A stretch of 39,490 bases of DNA from Octopus bimaculoides (GCF_001194135.2 NC_068984.1:74518131-74557620); one strand, 5' to 3'; shown: positions 10,866-23,357, numbered from the stretch's first letter. A program made the numbers and translations. The notes: generated by a model not told the origin, from the letters alone.

Positions 10866-11254
10866 TACTTGACTCTCCTTCATTCATATATCATATAAGA
10901 TAAGTTAGTTATTATAACATTACAATTAAAGATGACTGCTTCTATAACTTCAAGTTCTTTGCCTAAAAGGCAATCCTCAGACGAATTTTAGCGATAGTAA
11001 CACAATGTGAACAACCACTTAGATGTAAGCATGATGCACGATGTGGTTTGTGTAATGTAAATATTGCATACAGTTAACAATTGTACATTGAGCCATCAAC
11101 AACTATTAGAACTACAAGTGCAACCAAGTTCAATAACCATTTCTTTCAACCAAATCAACTGATAGCTCATTTAATGTAAACATACCTTAGCCGGTCGTCT
11201 AAAGGATCCAGCTCAACTGGTAAACAACTATTTTAATTATCTCATTTTGGCAGC

Positions 11255-11420
11255 CTAGAGCCCTACCAGGGTGAGGTTTATCTCGGTTTCCATGACATTT
11301 AAGCGACTGAAAATACCAAGACCCCTCTGAAAATACGTGAGTCCGTCGTAGCTGAAACTAGTACTCGTGTTCGAGTGAGTTAACTGACGCAACATGAAAT
11401 TTAATGCACTATCACACGAC
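11255..11420 (-). mobile_element. Degenerate SINE 3' body
   Basis: CTCGGTTTCCATGACATTTAAGCGACTG...CCCCTCTGAAAATACGTGAGTCCGTCGTAG parallels 8010-8045 and 28560-28620. Confidence 0.55.
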
Positions 11421-12384
11421 ATAAGGCATAACCTAATGATCCTTAGTCCAACGACAAAATTATTGGTCTATATGATTTCACTGACAACATGACTCGGTGA
11501 GATTCACCAAATGGGCCTATTTATTCAGTGAGCTAAGTCTGTTAATCATTTAAGTTTCATCAGTTAGATAGTTCACACGGCAAACCCGATTTGCTTACTT
11601 TGTCAGCAATACAAACCAAAGCCAACAAAAAAAATTAATAAACCTAACTCAAATAGTTCAGCCTTTTCAAACAACTGACACATCCGTTTAGAATCAGCTT
11701 GTTCAACTAACCAGTACAACTAGTCCATTTACCTCACTTGTTTAGTTGAAGTCAAGTACCTGAGCTCAACGAGCAAAATAATATGGCATATCAGTGCTAT
11801 CTTAGCTAGCTCAAACAGAATAACTAATTAAATCGGTTAAACACACCGGCCGCATTCATTTCGGATAGGTAAAAACGACCATATAGCCCATTTTATTAGC
11901 TTGTTCAACCAATCATCAGAGCCGAATCAATTAACTACAGGTGTTCTAGTTAGCAAGTCACTTAAATCAGATACTGCAAGTAGATATAATGCCGCATTAA
12001 AGAACGCGTACAATGAGAAAGTCATTAAGGACAGCATGAAGTCTCAGCTTTAATGGAATATATCAATGCGTGCATCGGCAGCGAAGAGAATTTAAATTTA
12101 TTTTGGTCGATTTAAAGAGTACAATTGACCAAATAGTGGAGATGAAATTCAGTGCCGAGTCTTGTCAGGAATACAAATGGTAATATTAAGACTGCACTCT
12201 CTTAATATCCACCATTTCTTCAGAAATCGTTTCCATATTGAGATTCTTAGTTACGGTTAATTTCTTGAGTCTGCAATTTTGATACGGCTGGCCGTCGAAA
12301 TTTATACTATCGCCATGATGGATCGCCAAATCCACAAGTTTTTTTTTTATTCTCTCTCTGTTTATTTCCTCATGTTCCTTTCTG

Positions 12385-13280
12385 TTGGGATCCCGCTTTC
12401 TACAGTTAATAGAGTGATTGTGCAATTCACCAGAGAGGGGAAGGAGTTCACATATCTCGCCCAGGTTGACCAGGGCTCTGTGACAGGACCCTTCTCTTTG
12501 TTAAGAGAAGTGTGGAGTATAATCATCGTTGGGAGGCCTCTGGCATAGCAGAGCACGTTGATGTCAGTCCCAGAAGAGCTGTCAGGTATCTGCACAAACT
12601 TCGTTACTATGTCAGAGCAGCAAGAAGGAAGCCACTTCTTTGACCAGCCAATATCAAGTAGGAAAAATATTGTACCAGTGAGATGGTGGAGAGGCCACTA
12701 ACATTTTGGGACACTGACATATTCTCCAGTGAGTCAAGATTTATTGTAGTTTCTTACAGTGATTGAGTGTGGGTCTGGAGACTCTGTGATGAAGAGTTTG
12801 ACGTGAAAAGATTGCAGCCAACAATGAAACATGGCAATTATATTGTGATAGTCTGGGTAGTAATTAGGAGCAATGGTCAGTCATAGCTAGTAAAGTGTGA
12901 GGGAAACATAAACTCAGATAAACATATGTCCATATTGCAGAAAGGACTCCTTCCAATCGTCTCCAGTAGTGAAATAATTAAAGAAGACTCTTTATTTATG
13001 GAAGATGGGGGTCCTTGTCACACAGTTAAATGACCCAAGATTTGTTGGATGAGAATGGCATTAAAAAATCATCCATAACCAAGCCAGTCACCAGATATGA
13101 ACCCTATTGAACACATCTGGGACATAATGGACAGGACACTTCATAAAAAGAAAAAGAAAGCAACATCCATCAAAGACAGATCTTTTGAGATTACTGCATG
13201 AAACTTGGCAAGAAATTCCTCAAGAGAATATTCGTCATCTGATCATTAACATGCCTAATAGAGCCCTTGCAATGAAGAAT
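12385..13280 (+). mobile_element. Tc1-family DNA transposon, transposase pseudogene
   Basis: Translation across stops and frameshifts: GIPLSTVNRVIVQF (HTH), VRYLHKLRYYVRAARRKPLL, IFSSESRF, LQPTMKHG, VKCEGNINSDK, FMEDGGPCHTVK, PSQSPDMNPIEHIW, ETWQEIPQENIRHLIINMPNR. Spacing of the second D to E is compatible with DD34E. TIRs not identified. Confidence 0.93.
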
Positions 13281-13371
13281 TATAACAATTAATAAATAAT
13301 TTGAATGTATAATTTCAGATTTAAATAAATGTTAACGATTATAAGGGTCTCTATTTATTTCTGTCATGTCT

Positions 13372-13415
<44 letters not shown>

Positions 13416-14093
13416 NNNNNNNNNNNNNNNNNNNNNNNNNNNNNNNNNNNNNNNNNNNNNNNNNNNNNNNNNNNNNNNNNNNNNNNNNNNNNNNNNNNNN
13501 NNNNNNNNNNNNNNNNNNNNNNNNNNNNNNNNNNNNNNNNNNNNNNNNNNNNNNNNNNNNNNNNNNNNNNNNNNNNNNNNNNNNNNNNNNNNNNNNNNNN
13601 NNNNNNNNNNNNNNNNNNNNNNNNNNNNNNNNNNNNNNNNNNNNNNNNNNNNNNNNNNNNNNNNNNNNNNNNNNNNNNNNNNNNNNNNNNNNNNNNNNNN
13701 NNNNNNNNNNNNNNNNNNNNNNNNNNNNNNNNNNNNNNNNNNNNNNNNNNNNNNNNNNNNNNNNNNNNNNNNNNNNNNNNNNNNNNNNNNNNNNNNNNNN
13801 NNNNNNNNNNNNNNNNNNNNNNNNNNNNNNNNNNNNNNNNNNNNNNNNNNNNNNNNNNNNNNNNNNNNNNNNNNNNNNNNNNNNNNNNNNNNNNNNNNNN
13901 NNNNNNNNNNNNNNNNNNNNNNNNNNNNNNNNNNNNNNNNNNNNNNNNNNNNNNNNNNNNNNNNNNNNNNNNNNNNNNNNNNNNNNNNNNNNNNNNNNNN
14001 NNNNNNNNNNNNNNNNNNNNNNNNNNNNNNNNNNNNNNNNNNNNNNNNNNNNNNNNNNNNNNNNNNNNNNNNNNNNNNNNNNNNNNNNNNNNN

Positions 14094-14136
<43 letters not shown>

Positions 14137-14777
14137 TATGTATATATGCGTATCATCGAAGACGTAGATAATCTTTTCGTCACTACTTAGTTTCTCTCTA
14201 CCTTCTATTTTTCAAGGAATAATAAGATGAATGCCGGAACTTAGTCGCGGATTCCTGGAATAGGGACATGGCGGAATTTGAATTATTTGTTTTTATATCT
14301 ATGTATATTCAAACGTGTATATATTAATATCTAAACAAAAACAATATAAACATATACACATACAATCAAATCGCACCACTCACTACCCACTACGCACTAC
14401 CCACACATTATACCCTACAAAATACCTATCAAATATCATACCCCACTTTCCATTACTAGTCTTAGCCTTGTCACTCGAAGTGTAATCGATCGAGTGTCAA
14501 ATGACTTCAGAAAGGAAGCAAGCAAAATAGCAAACTAAGGCAAACAAAACTGAAAAGTAAGCTACTCAAACCAGGTTAAGACAACACAGTTTACGTCAAA
14601 AGCAGGATCCGAGGAGTCTTGCGATTTGCGGTTATAACTTGTGGATATACGCTCTTTAAAAGTGGGATGAATCATTTTTCCGTATGGAAAAAGAAAAGAA
14701 ACTAACGTTTTTTTGTATAACGTCCTACGTTGGGAAGTGATGTTTTCTGACATACCAAATATTTCGATTGGCAATAG

Positions 14778-14785
14778 TGTGTGTG

Positions 14786-14847
<62 letters not shown>

Positions 14848-14856
14848 TGTGTGTGT
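14778..14856. repeat. (GT)n microsatellite (another at 14094-14134)
   Basis: Directly visible. Confidence 0.98.
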
Positions 14857-15094
14857 ATGGGAGAGAGAAAGAGACAGACAGACAAAAGTAGAGAGAGCAG
14901 AGGGAAAGTAGAAAGATAGTGAAGAATAAGTAAAGTGAAAGATAACAGTGAAAAACAAGATGTGTAGGACGCAATTTGACAATACTTAAACAGTCAGTCA
15001 ACGATGGCAAAATAACCAAAGAACAGTGACTGGATGAAGAGAAGAGAATAAGGAAAGGATTATCAAAGGCGCTGGTGATTTGAAAACCAGGAAT

Positions 15095-15308
15095 AAGACG
15101 GTGAGCTGGCAGAATCGTTACTGCGTCGGAAGAGATGTTTAGCGGCATTTCTTCCGACTTTACGTTCTGAGTTCAAATACCCCCGGAGTCGATTTTTCCT
15201 TCCATCTTTTCGAGGTCGATAAGATAAGTATCAGTTGGGAACTAGAGTTAATCTAAACGAGTTAAACCCTCTCCAAAATTGGTGGCATTGTGCCAAACAT
15301 TCAAGCCA
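15095..15308 (+). mobile_element. tRNA-derived SINE (GGCGGCGAGCTGGCAGAA family), diverged
   Basis: GACGGTGAGCTGGCAGAATCGTTA...ACGTTCTGAGTTCAAAT...GGTCGATAAGATAAGTATCAGTTG...TTGTGCCAAA. Confidence 0.88.
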
Positions 15309-15425
15309 ATTTGAAAATTAGGAATGAAAAATGGCAATTTTTATAAGAGGTATAGATGGTAGAAAAAAATATGATCCCAACAAAAGAAAAAAGATGTGAG
15401 TGTTTGTATATATATATATATATAA

Positions 15426-15699
15426 GAACTGGCTCTCTGTCGGTTACGACGACGAGTGTTCCAGTTGATCCGATCATTAATTTCAAGAGTAGGCTGGTTT
15501 TGTTGATCCAATCAACGGAACAGCCTGCTCGTGAAATTAACGTGCAAATGGCTGAGCACTCCAAAAATATACGTACCCTTAACGTAGCTCTCAGGGAGAT
15601 TCAGTGTAACAACAGAAAGTGTTACATGGATGAACCTTTGAATTACAGGTATGACTCATTTTTTTTGAAGCTCTATAGACTGGAGCAACATAAGATGAG
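15426..15699 (-). mobile_element. SINE 3' body (5' part lost in the gap)
   Basis: Runs into GACTGGAGCAACATAAGATGA at the gap, similar to the segment beside the CORE-like region in the 3060, 7990 and 26690 copies; preceded by a (TA)n tract. Confidence 0.7.
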
Positions 15700-16056
15700 N
15701 NNNNNNNNNNNNNNNNNNNNNNNNNNNNNNNNNNNNNNNNNNNNNNNNNNNNNNNNNNNNNNNNNNNNNNNNNNNNNNNNNNNNNNNNNNNNNNNNNNNN
15801 NNNNNNNNNNNNNNNNNNNNNNNNNNNNNNNNNNNNNNNNNNNNNNNNNNNNNNNNNNNNNNNNNNNNNNNNNNNNNNNNNNNNNNNNNNNNNNNNNNNN
15901 NNNNNNNNNNNNNNNNNNNNNNNNNNNNNNNNNNNNNNNNNNNNNNNNNNNNNNNNNNNNNNNNNNNNNNNNNNNNNNNNNNNNNNNNNNNNNNNNNNNN
16001 NNNNNNNNNNNNNNNNNNNNNNNNNNNNNNNNNNNNNNNNNNNNNNNNNNNNNNNN

Positions 16057-16095
<39 letters not shown>

Positions 16096-16369
16096 GTATA
16101 GGTGCAGCAAAATATGTAACAGTAGGTGCTTTCTAAAGCAAGATGAAAAATTGCTTATTGATGATTGTGATTGAGGCAGTACTACGCGTAAAGGAGAGAT
16201 ATTTGTTTATACAGTGGTAGCTGTAGGTTATACCATGGTAAAAGTTAATTCTGCAATCCGAAAGTTGATCGACGGAGTGACTAGTTGAATTTAAATATCT
16301 ATCTACGAGCTTGCATATATATTTAGATATGTGTGTGTACGTCTGTGTGTGTATAAATCTGAAAAAAAA

Positions 16370-16570
16370 AACGAAGAACAAACACAAAAAAATCAACAAC
16401 ACGAGGACATGGTACATATAAAGTATTAGCAAACGTTCAGGGAAGGAAAGAAAGGTGGTTTTACTTTTCGAGCAAAGCTCTTCTTCAGAAACAGGAGACA
16501 GAGGAAAGTCCAATAGAAAAAGAAGAGGAAGGAAACAAAATCGCCAACGATTTATATTTGGTTACATTTT
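16370..16570 (-). mobile_element. Dispersed ~200-bp repeat carrying a hammerhead-like core (Penelope pLTR / retrozyme-like)
   Basis: Reverse complement aligns with 31960-32100: GACTTTCCTCTGTCTCCTGTTTCTGAAGAAGAGCTTTGCTCGAAAAGTAAAACCACC vs AACTTTCCTCTCTCCTCTTTCTGACGAAGAGCTATGCTCGAAACGTTACAACCCATC. Confidence 0.7.
16458..16492 (-). ncRNA. Minimal type-I hammerhead ribozyme motif, copy A
   Basis: GUUU-CUGAAGA-A-GAGC(UUU)GCUC-GAAA-A-GUA-AAAC: conserved core, 4-bp stem II, 4-bp stem I (GUUU/AAAC), GUA cleavage triplet; the base after GAAA is A rather than C. Confidence 0.6.
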
Positions 16571-16639
16571 GAAATATATGTGTACATATATTTGACAAAA
16601 AATAGATAAATAAAATGACCATCCCGAAATACAACATAT

Positions 16640-16670
<31 letters not shown>

Positions 16671-17061
16671 NNNNNNNNNNNNNNNNATATATACGATGTA
16701 TATGATATATCTGATATACTTAATACCTACAATAAACAGTATGACGGATGCGTTTATTGTATCCTACCGATATTGAGTTACATTGTGCACCTGCATAGGT
16801 TTACACATAATGAAGCAAACACGCAAAGCACAAGAAAAAATATTTATTAATACACAAGTACAATAAAAACAATTACATAGGAAAATTATCTATATTTTAC
16901 ATGATTTCATACATATGAGCATTAACCAGAACACTAAAACAAAGTAGAGAAGCAGACAAATGCACATCACTATATACTTGCATACACACTAAAATTACAT
17001 ATAGACTTAGATACATTCATATATACATAAATGTAAGTATCTGTATAAACTCTAATGTATA

Positions 17062-17120
<59 letters not shown>

Positions 17121-17123
<3 letters not shown>

Positions 17124-18690
17124 AGCAACAACATCGTGCCGCATAGGGAGGTAGTACCAAGACGACATTTTAGGACAGCTGCTAATCACATGCGTAATGT
17201 CTTCCACAGAAACATGACACAGCCTACACATGCGGTTGCACCTTTGGATTACAAGAGCGTCACTGTCTCGCTTGTTCACCAGTAACTTCGTGGAAATCTG
17301 CTCCTGGATTGCAAACGCATAGCCTTCAAAGTGTGTTGTGATGTAGTGGTTTTGTGTCCAAGAGAGGCTACGCTTCGTGTCACTTCTACTGCCTTCTTCA
17401 AGCCTCCAGGCAACATACCCATGCTTGGTCGTTTTTTGTATGCTGTGTGTTTTCAATCCAGATTTTCTCTGAGGTAAGAGAGCCCAACTGTTTGGGGGCT
17501 GTATAGGAGATCATCAGGAAAAGAGTGTTTCTTGAAGCGTTCACTGCCAACTGGTGTAATATTCACGGGTCACTCTATCTTTATTCACAGTGCCTTCATA
17601 TGGTACATTTTCGTCTATGCCTAGGTGCTTGAAACATTCTTTGTGTGGAATGAGGGAGATAGAGAGACCGTTGATGCACAGGTTTGGGGTTTGGGTGACT
17701 GACTTTCCTCGTTCTATAACCAAATATGAACATTTCTTTTAGTCAAATTCCATGCCTATATCAGCTGATAATATTATTAATTCCGGTTGTTTTTTGGCAT
17801 TGTTAGCACAAAGAAATTATGAGTTACATTGATATTTCTACGAGTTAAAGATCCTAACATGTTACCATTTGTTTTCTGCAGTAGGAACGATAATGGATTC
17901 AGTGCCAAAATGAAAAAGAGTACAGAAAGACTATCTCCCTGGAATATTCCCTTTGTAATGCCTAAACTATTAGAAACAATTATTCTATTTTCAGTTGTAA
18001 GGGTAAGAATAGTTGCCCATGTCTTTGTGAGTCTCTCTATAGCTGCAATTAAGGTAGTAGATACCTCTGCCAGATGTAGGCACTTCAACAGCCATGAATG
18101 AGGGATAGAGTCAAATGCTTTCTTATAGTCAAGCCATACTGTTACAAAGTTTCTGCGTTGTTTTCTTACTTCAGACAGTACAGCTTTGTTTATTAAAAGT
18201 TCTTCGACACATCCCCACATTCCCTTCTTTCCACCAGCCTGTTCATCAAATACAATGTTGTTCGACTCACAATGGTCCTGGAGGAATTGGTTGAAGCAAC
18301 TTGTGTACAGTTTGTACATAATGCTTAGGCAAGCAATGGGCCTGTAGTTTCCTGCCATCTCGGTGATTTCATTTTGGGGAACAAGATTTGTCCTTGTAGC
18401 AAGCCAATGTGGTATATCAGTCTGACCTTCCATAGTCCTTTTGAACATACATATCAATTGGTTTTTATAAAGTGCCAGCTTCTTGTACCAATATCCAACT
18501 ATTCGGTCCCTTCCAGGTGCTTTCCCATTATGCAGTTTACCTACTGCTTTCGCGAATGTTTCTGCATCAATTTTGTATGTTTTATTGTTAGTGTTGGCAC
18601 AGTATTCTCTCTCAATTGTATTTAATCATGATGCATTCAGGTTGAAATCTCTCTTTTCGTTCCAAATTTTTTATCAGAATGATTGTAGAT
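17121..18690 (-). mobile_element. R4/Dong-type (RLE-class) non-LTR retrotransposon fragment, RT plus CCHC, inactive
   Basis: ORF 17777-18457: NYRPIACLSIMYKLYT, EQAGGKKG, VWLDYKKAFDSIPHSW, GIFQGDSLSVLFFILALNPLS; upstream KAPGRDRIVGYWYKK; FKHLGIDE; ORF 17052-17456: YAFAIQEQ, CRLCHVSVEDITHVISSCPKM, RHDVVAK. The catalytic xxDD motif is missing after VTHNFFV; internal deletion near 17500-17545; ends at (CA)n. Confidence 0.93.
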
Positions 18691-19324
18691 CATGGAAGGG
18701 AGCTTTCGTAATGATAATGTATGTATGTGTGTATGTATGTATGTATGTATGTATGTATGTATGTATAGTTGTTAAATATCAATTCATATATTATGAATCA
18801 ATATTTAGCAACTTTCAATGTTAGCTTCATGCTTTGTTACGTAATTTATAAGCTTTGCTTGCAAAATCTACACTACACTTGGGTGTACATCTGAGGTAGC
18901 ACGGATGTTAAACCGAACGGCAGTTTAAGTCAAACCCCAGTCTTAAGGAATTCTTTTTTGAACTATTTTGTTGATCGCTACAGATATCATTCCGGGCTAC
19001 TACTCGAGAACTGGAGAAGATGAGTGACTCCAAATTAAAGATAAATGAATAAATAAATATATAACGTTCTGTTAACGGAAAGACATAAATTGTTCAAAGA
19101 TGATTATCTCATTTCTACTTAATCTAGATAAGAATAATTATCAGGGAGGGACGGATTAGGTTTATTTATTACTTAAGTATTTTTATACTTGAAAATTTAC
19201 CGGTTTAGAGGATCTGCTGCAAATGCCTCTATGAAAACGATATATCTTGTTGAATTCCAATGCCAAGTTCAATTTTTTTTTTCTACTATCTGTTGTAAAC
19301 TAGAGTTCTCTGAACCGCTTTACG

Positions 19325-19560
19325 TCATCTACTATGGCGGATCCCCGTATGAGCGAGGGATCCGATAATGTTTGCTCGGTTTACCGGAAATAGCATCCAA
19401 ACTACCATCATACCTTTCTTTATAAAATAAAGGAAATACATTTCATAATTGAATCGAGTCACAAAGTATGTAGAATTACGATGGAATAAAGTTGCCTAGC
19501 ATTTTGATCTTTAGCCGGGTCAGTCGGAGCTAACGATGAGCTAAACGAGAATAATAAAAA
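19325..19560 (-). repeat. Inverted copy of the ~200-bp module of 3230-5660, with an 8-bp hairpin GGATCCCC-N10-GGGGATCC
   Basis: Reverse complement contains GTTTAGCTC...GATCAAAATGC and TTTGGATGCTATTTCCGG, in the same order as the plus-strand modules. Confidence 0.65.
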
Positions 19561-20249
19561 CAAAACCCTAGCTACAATTCGGAAACGGATGTGTAAACAT
19601 GTTTGTGTCTACAGAAAGACAGAAAGGGAGTGAGATAGAGAGAGAGAAAGAGATAGAAGGTGGGAGAGATTGGTAGATAAGGAGAGAGTTGAAGAGAAAG
19701 GGAGAGAAACACATACACTAATATATATATATATANNNNNNNNNNNNNNNNNNNNNNNNNNNNNNNNNNNNNNNNNNNNNNNNNNNNNNNNNNNNNNNNN
19801 NNNNNNNNNNNNNNNNNNNNNNNNNNNNNNNNNNNNNNNNNNNNNNNNNNNNNNNNNNNNNNNNNNNNNNNNNNNNNNNNNNNNNNNNNNNNNNNNNNNN
19901 NNNNNNNNNNNNNNNNNNNNNNNNNNNNNNNNNNNNNNNNNNNNNNNNNNNNNNNNNNNNNNNNNNNNNNNNNNNNNNNNNNNNNNNNNNNNNNNNNNNN
20001 NNNNNNNNNNNNNNNNNNNNNNNNNNNNNNNNNNNNNNNNNNNNNNNNNNNNNNNNNNNNNNNNNNNNNNNNNNNNNNNNNNNNNNNNNNNNNNNNNNNN
20101 NNNNNNNNNNNNNNNNNNNNNNNNNNATATATAATATTATTATTAAGTTTGAAAACAGAGAGATCTAATGGATACAAATTAATTTATAAATTAATTAACG
20201 TATTCACCCACGATTGTTCCATTTCACAAAGTTAAAACTACAAAACGTA

Positions 20250-20304
20250 TACTCTTTTACTTATTTCAGTCATTTGACTGTGGCCATGCTGGAGCACTGT
20301 CTTT
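20250..20304. mobile_element. Terminal fragment of an abundant SINE-like repeat
   Basis: TACTCTTTTACTTATTTCAGTCATTTGACTGTGGCCATGCTGGAGCAC; recognised from memory only, no second copy in the window. Confidence 0.5.
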
Positions 20305-20521
20305 AAATATATATATAAATATATAAATATATAAATATATAAATATATAATTTTGCATTTTAAAAAACCTTGGATGGAAAATCATCAGCGTGCACAAAGA
20401 ACTCTACAAGGATTAAATTATGGTCCGTTGGAATACTCAGAATATATAGTCATGTTTATAATGTGTGTATGTATATGTGTGTGCACACATGCGTTAAAAT
20501 TATTACCCTTATTTTTAATTC

Positions 20522-20522
<1 letters not shown>

Positions 20523-20580
<58 letters not shown>

Positions 20581-20610
20581 TAATAATAATAATGATGATG
20601 ATGATGATTA
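20523..20610. repeat. (AAT)n grading into (GAT)n
   Basis: Directly visible. Confidence 0.97.
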
Positions 20611-20761
20611 TGAATAATGGGTTATAGTATATAAGAGTAAAATTACATAACGAATAAAACAAAGTAAAAGTGAAATAAATTTACATTCATAAAATAGAAT
20701 AAAATAAAATAAAAATTAAACAAATACTCATGTTCGTATACGTGTGTGCGAATGTGCATGC

Positions 20762-20799
<38 letters not shown>

Positions 20800-21113
20800 G
20801 CAGCAAGTATGGATGTCAATAGTTTACACATCAATATGCATGCGTATTCGTATATATGTTCCTTTCTAAGTTACTTATTTAGGTATATAAATCAAGGTAT
20901 ATAGGGGAAAAAATAAAATAAAACTAATAAATAATAAATAACGATAAAATAAATATATAATAAAATAAAATAAATAAAATAGAATGTACGAAAGTGAAAG
21001 AAATTGAAATAAATTCATGTTCACGTGTGTATACGTGTGTGGTTATATATATGTTTAAATGCATATAGTTATATTAAACTAGTACGGATGTCTTTGTTTA
21101 TGTATTATTGTGT

Positions 21114-21151
<38 letters not shown>

Positions 21152-22274
21152 ATATATACATATATATGTGTGTGTGTGTTTTCTTCGTAAGTTATTATAT
21201 TACTTCTTAAGTATGAATTCATGTTGGTAAATGGTTAAGTTAATTATATTATCATTTATATTTAGATATAAAAGTATGTTTAATACTTGTGCCTTCATGT
21301 ATGTTCATTTGGGCATTACTTGATATTAATATTTATATTTAAATTCAATAATAATGACGATAATCGTCAATTAAAATATATAAGAGTAAAATTAGATGAT
21401 TAAAATATATAAGAAAATAAAGTAAATATTGAATCAGAAATAAAAAGTAAGGAATAAACATGAATGAAGATAAAAATAAAAGTGAAGTAGAATTTGTTTG
21501 TGTGTATGTTTTCACTTGTATGTATGTGTGTGTGCATATGTATATATCGATTACATTATTTATGTGTATGTGTATATGAATCCATGGATAACATTGTTTA
21601 CATTTATAAAATATGCGTGTGTGTGTATGCATGTCTCCTCTATTTTTTAATCATTATAAATCTTCCACTGAGGAGGGAACCCGTTTCCAACAAAGATACA
21701 AGGCTCCATCTTTGGGATGTATGTATGTATGTACTTTTAATTCAGAATTGCTCGTGGAAAGAAGAAGGATTATTTACCCAGGTAAAGATTTCAACTCACC
21801 ATGGTTACTAGTGTTTTGGGTTATTGTGGCGAACTATATTAATCATTTCCGTCAGCTGTAACTCTCTACTTGTAGTCAACTCCAAGTTAACATCAGTGCA
21901 GTGCGAACGTACTGATGCTGTTGACATTGTGGAGTGATATCAGCCAGCGAGACGTAAACTCATCAACAGTTGAGCTGTTTTGGTCATAGACACATACATC
22001 ACAAACTCCGATACCTACTCGACACGAACCACTGACCTCTCACTTAGACTGGTGTCTGCACTGTTCTATCGACAACGACCAACCATTTATCCTTACGATA
22101 AATGTTGCTGTTGCTTCACTTCGTCGTAAATTAGATCGGACTCAGGAGACTTATTCTCAAAAGCGATCAATCTATGACAATCTCCTTCATTTTATTTTAT
22201 TATTCTTGTCCGTTTTCCGTGTATAACGTCAACTGCTCTGTGTTATTAAAGTGTCGTTATTTTTAGGATATTAA

Positions 22275-22430
22275 TGGCGGTGAACAGGCGCTGGAGAACC
22301 GTTAGAGGATCGGATAAAATGTCTTTGTGGCATTTGTTTCGATACTTTGTGATCTCAGTTCAAATCCGTTGTCTTTCTTCCTTACTGAATCGATAAAATA
22401 AATTACCAGTCATGTACTGGGACTGATAAT
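22275..22430 (+). mobile_element. Old tRNA-derived SINE copy
   Basis: GGCGGTGAAC...AGAACCGTTAG...CAGTTCAAATCC...TCGATAAAATAAATTACCAGTCATGTACTGGG parallels the 25340 copy. Confidence 0.65.
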
Positions 22431-22799
22431 ATTGTCTTTCTACCTGATAACTCTGACCTTGAACCCAAATTAAGATACTATTATTTTCACGGGAGATTTA
22501 ACTGCTGTATCTAGTATGTATGGTGACCACATACAGGCTTCCTCGTTGTTAATAATGTCATAGAGGTTCACTGTGATTCCCAAGTAAGACAGTCTCCAAC
22601 AGTGCCATAATTATTGTACCGTTATCCAGATTAGCCAGACAACCAAATTAACGCTTCGAATCATACTCAACTAATTGAGAAACCAGGTGTGAATATCATT
22701 GGCAAAGGAAAAGACAGATACTGTAAAATCAGTTGCACTACTGATCAGAGCCTTAAGCTCCGCACCACCTGTCAGAGATGCCGTCAGAATGAAAAAGAT

Positions 22800-23300
22800 C
22801 TCTACTACGCATGTCTCCATAGATTTTGAGATGGCGTATGACAGAATCTGGCATGGTGCTCTGTGAGTGAAAATTAGACAGAAACTGATTTGTACTATGC
22901 AAGAACTTTACATGAAAGCAAGCAGTACTACCCACGCACAAGGCCCCATCGTGGTGTGGTTCCATACCACCTTTGGAGTCTCTCTGGATTCCTGTCTCTC
23001 CTCAAACTTTCTTCAACATCTTGAAACTGATCATGAACTATGTTTTTGAAGACTACATGGGCTCAGTCATCTTCGGTGGTAAGAACATCCCAGACTTAAG
23101 ATTTGGGGATGACAACGATGGATTTGTAGGATGCGAAGATGAATTGATCCAATTAGTTAGCCGTCCTGATAGAGATCTCATCAAGTTTGGGATAAGAATC
23201 AGTGCTGTAAAAACTAAACATGTAACCGATACCAACATCGCTATCGTAGTAGACATCTCTGTAACAATAACAGAAATTAGAGAAAGTGTACCATTTTAGA
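22800..23300 (+). mobile_element. RTE-clade LINE reverse transcriptase relic
   Basis: HVSIDFEMAYDRIWHGAL, FHTTFGV, SPQTFFNIL, GSVIFGGKNIPDLRFGDDNDG (degenerate FADD), FGIRISAVKTK; several frameshifts. Confidence 0.85.
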
Positions 23301-23324
23301 TACATGAAACATGTATTTCCATTT

Positions 23325-23325
23325 G

Positions 23326-23357
<32 letters not shown>

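Noticed and set aside
11090-11990. Recurring AGCTTGTTCAAC / AACTA-rich motifs as a tandem repeat
   Set aside because: Only short matches (~11696 and ~11898); no consistent period by eye.
11990-12380. ORF 12186-12425 and neighbouring text as a coding exon or transposase
   Set aside because: No motif I recognise; the overlap with 12385+ is explained by Tc1 on the other strand.
22520-22700. Minus-strand LSYLGITV as an RT domain fragment
   Set aside because: A single short motif with no supporting neighbours.
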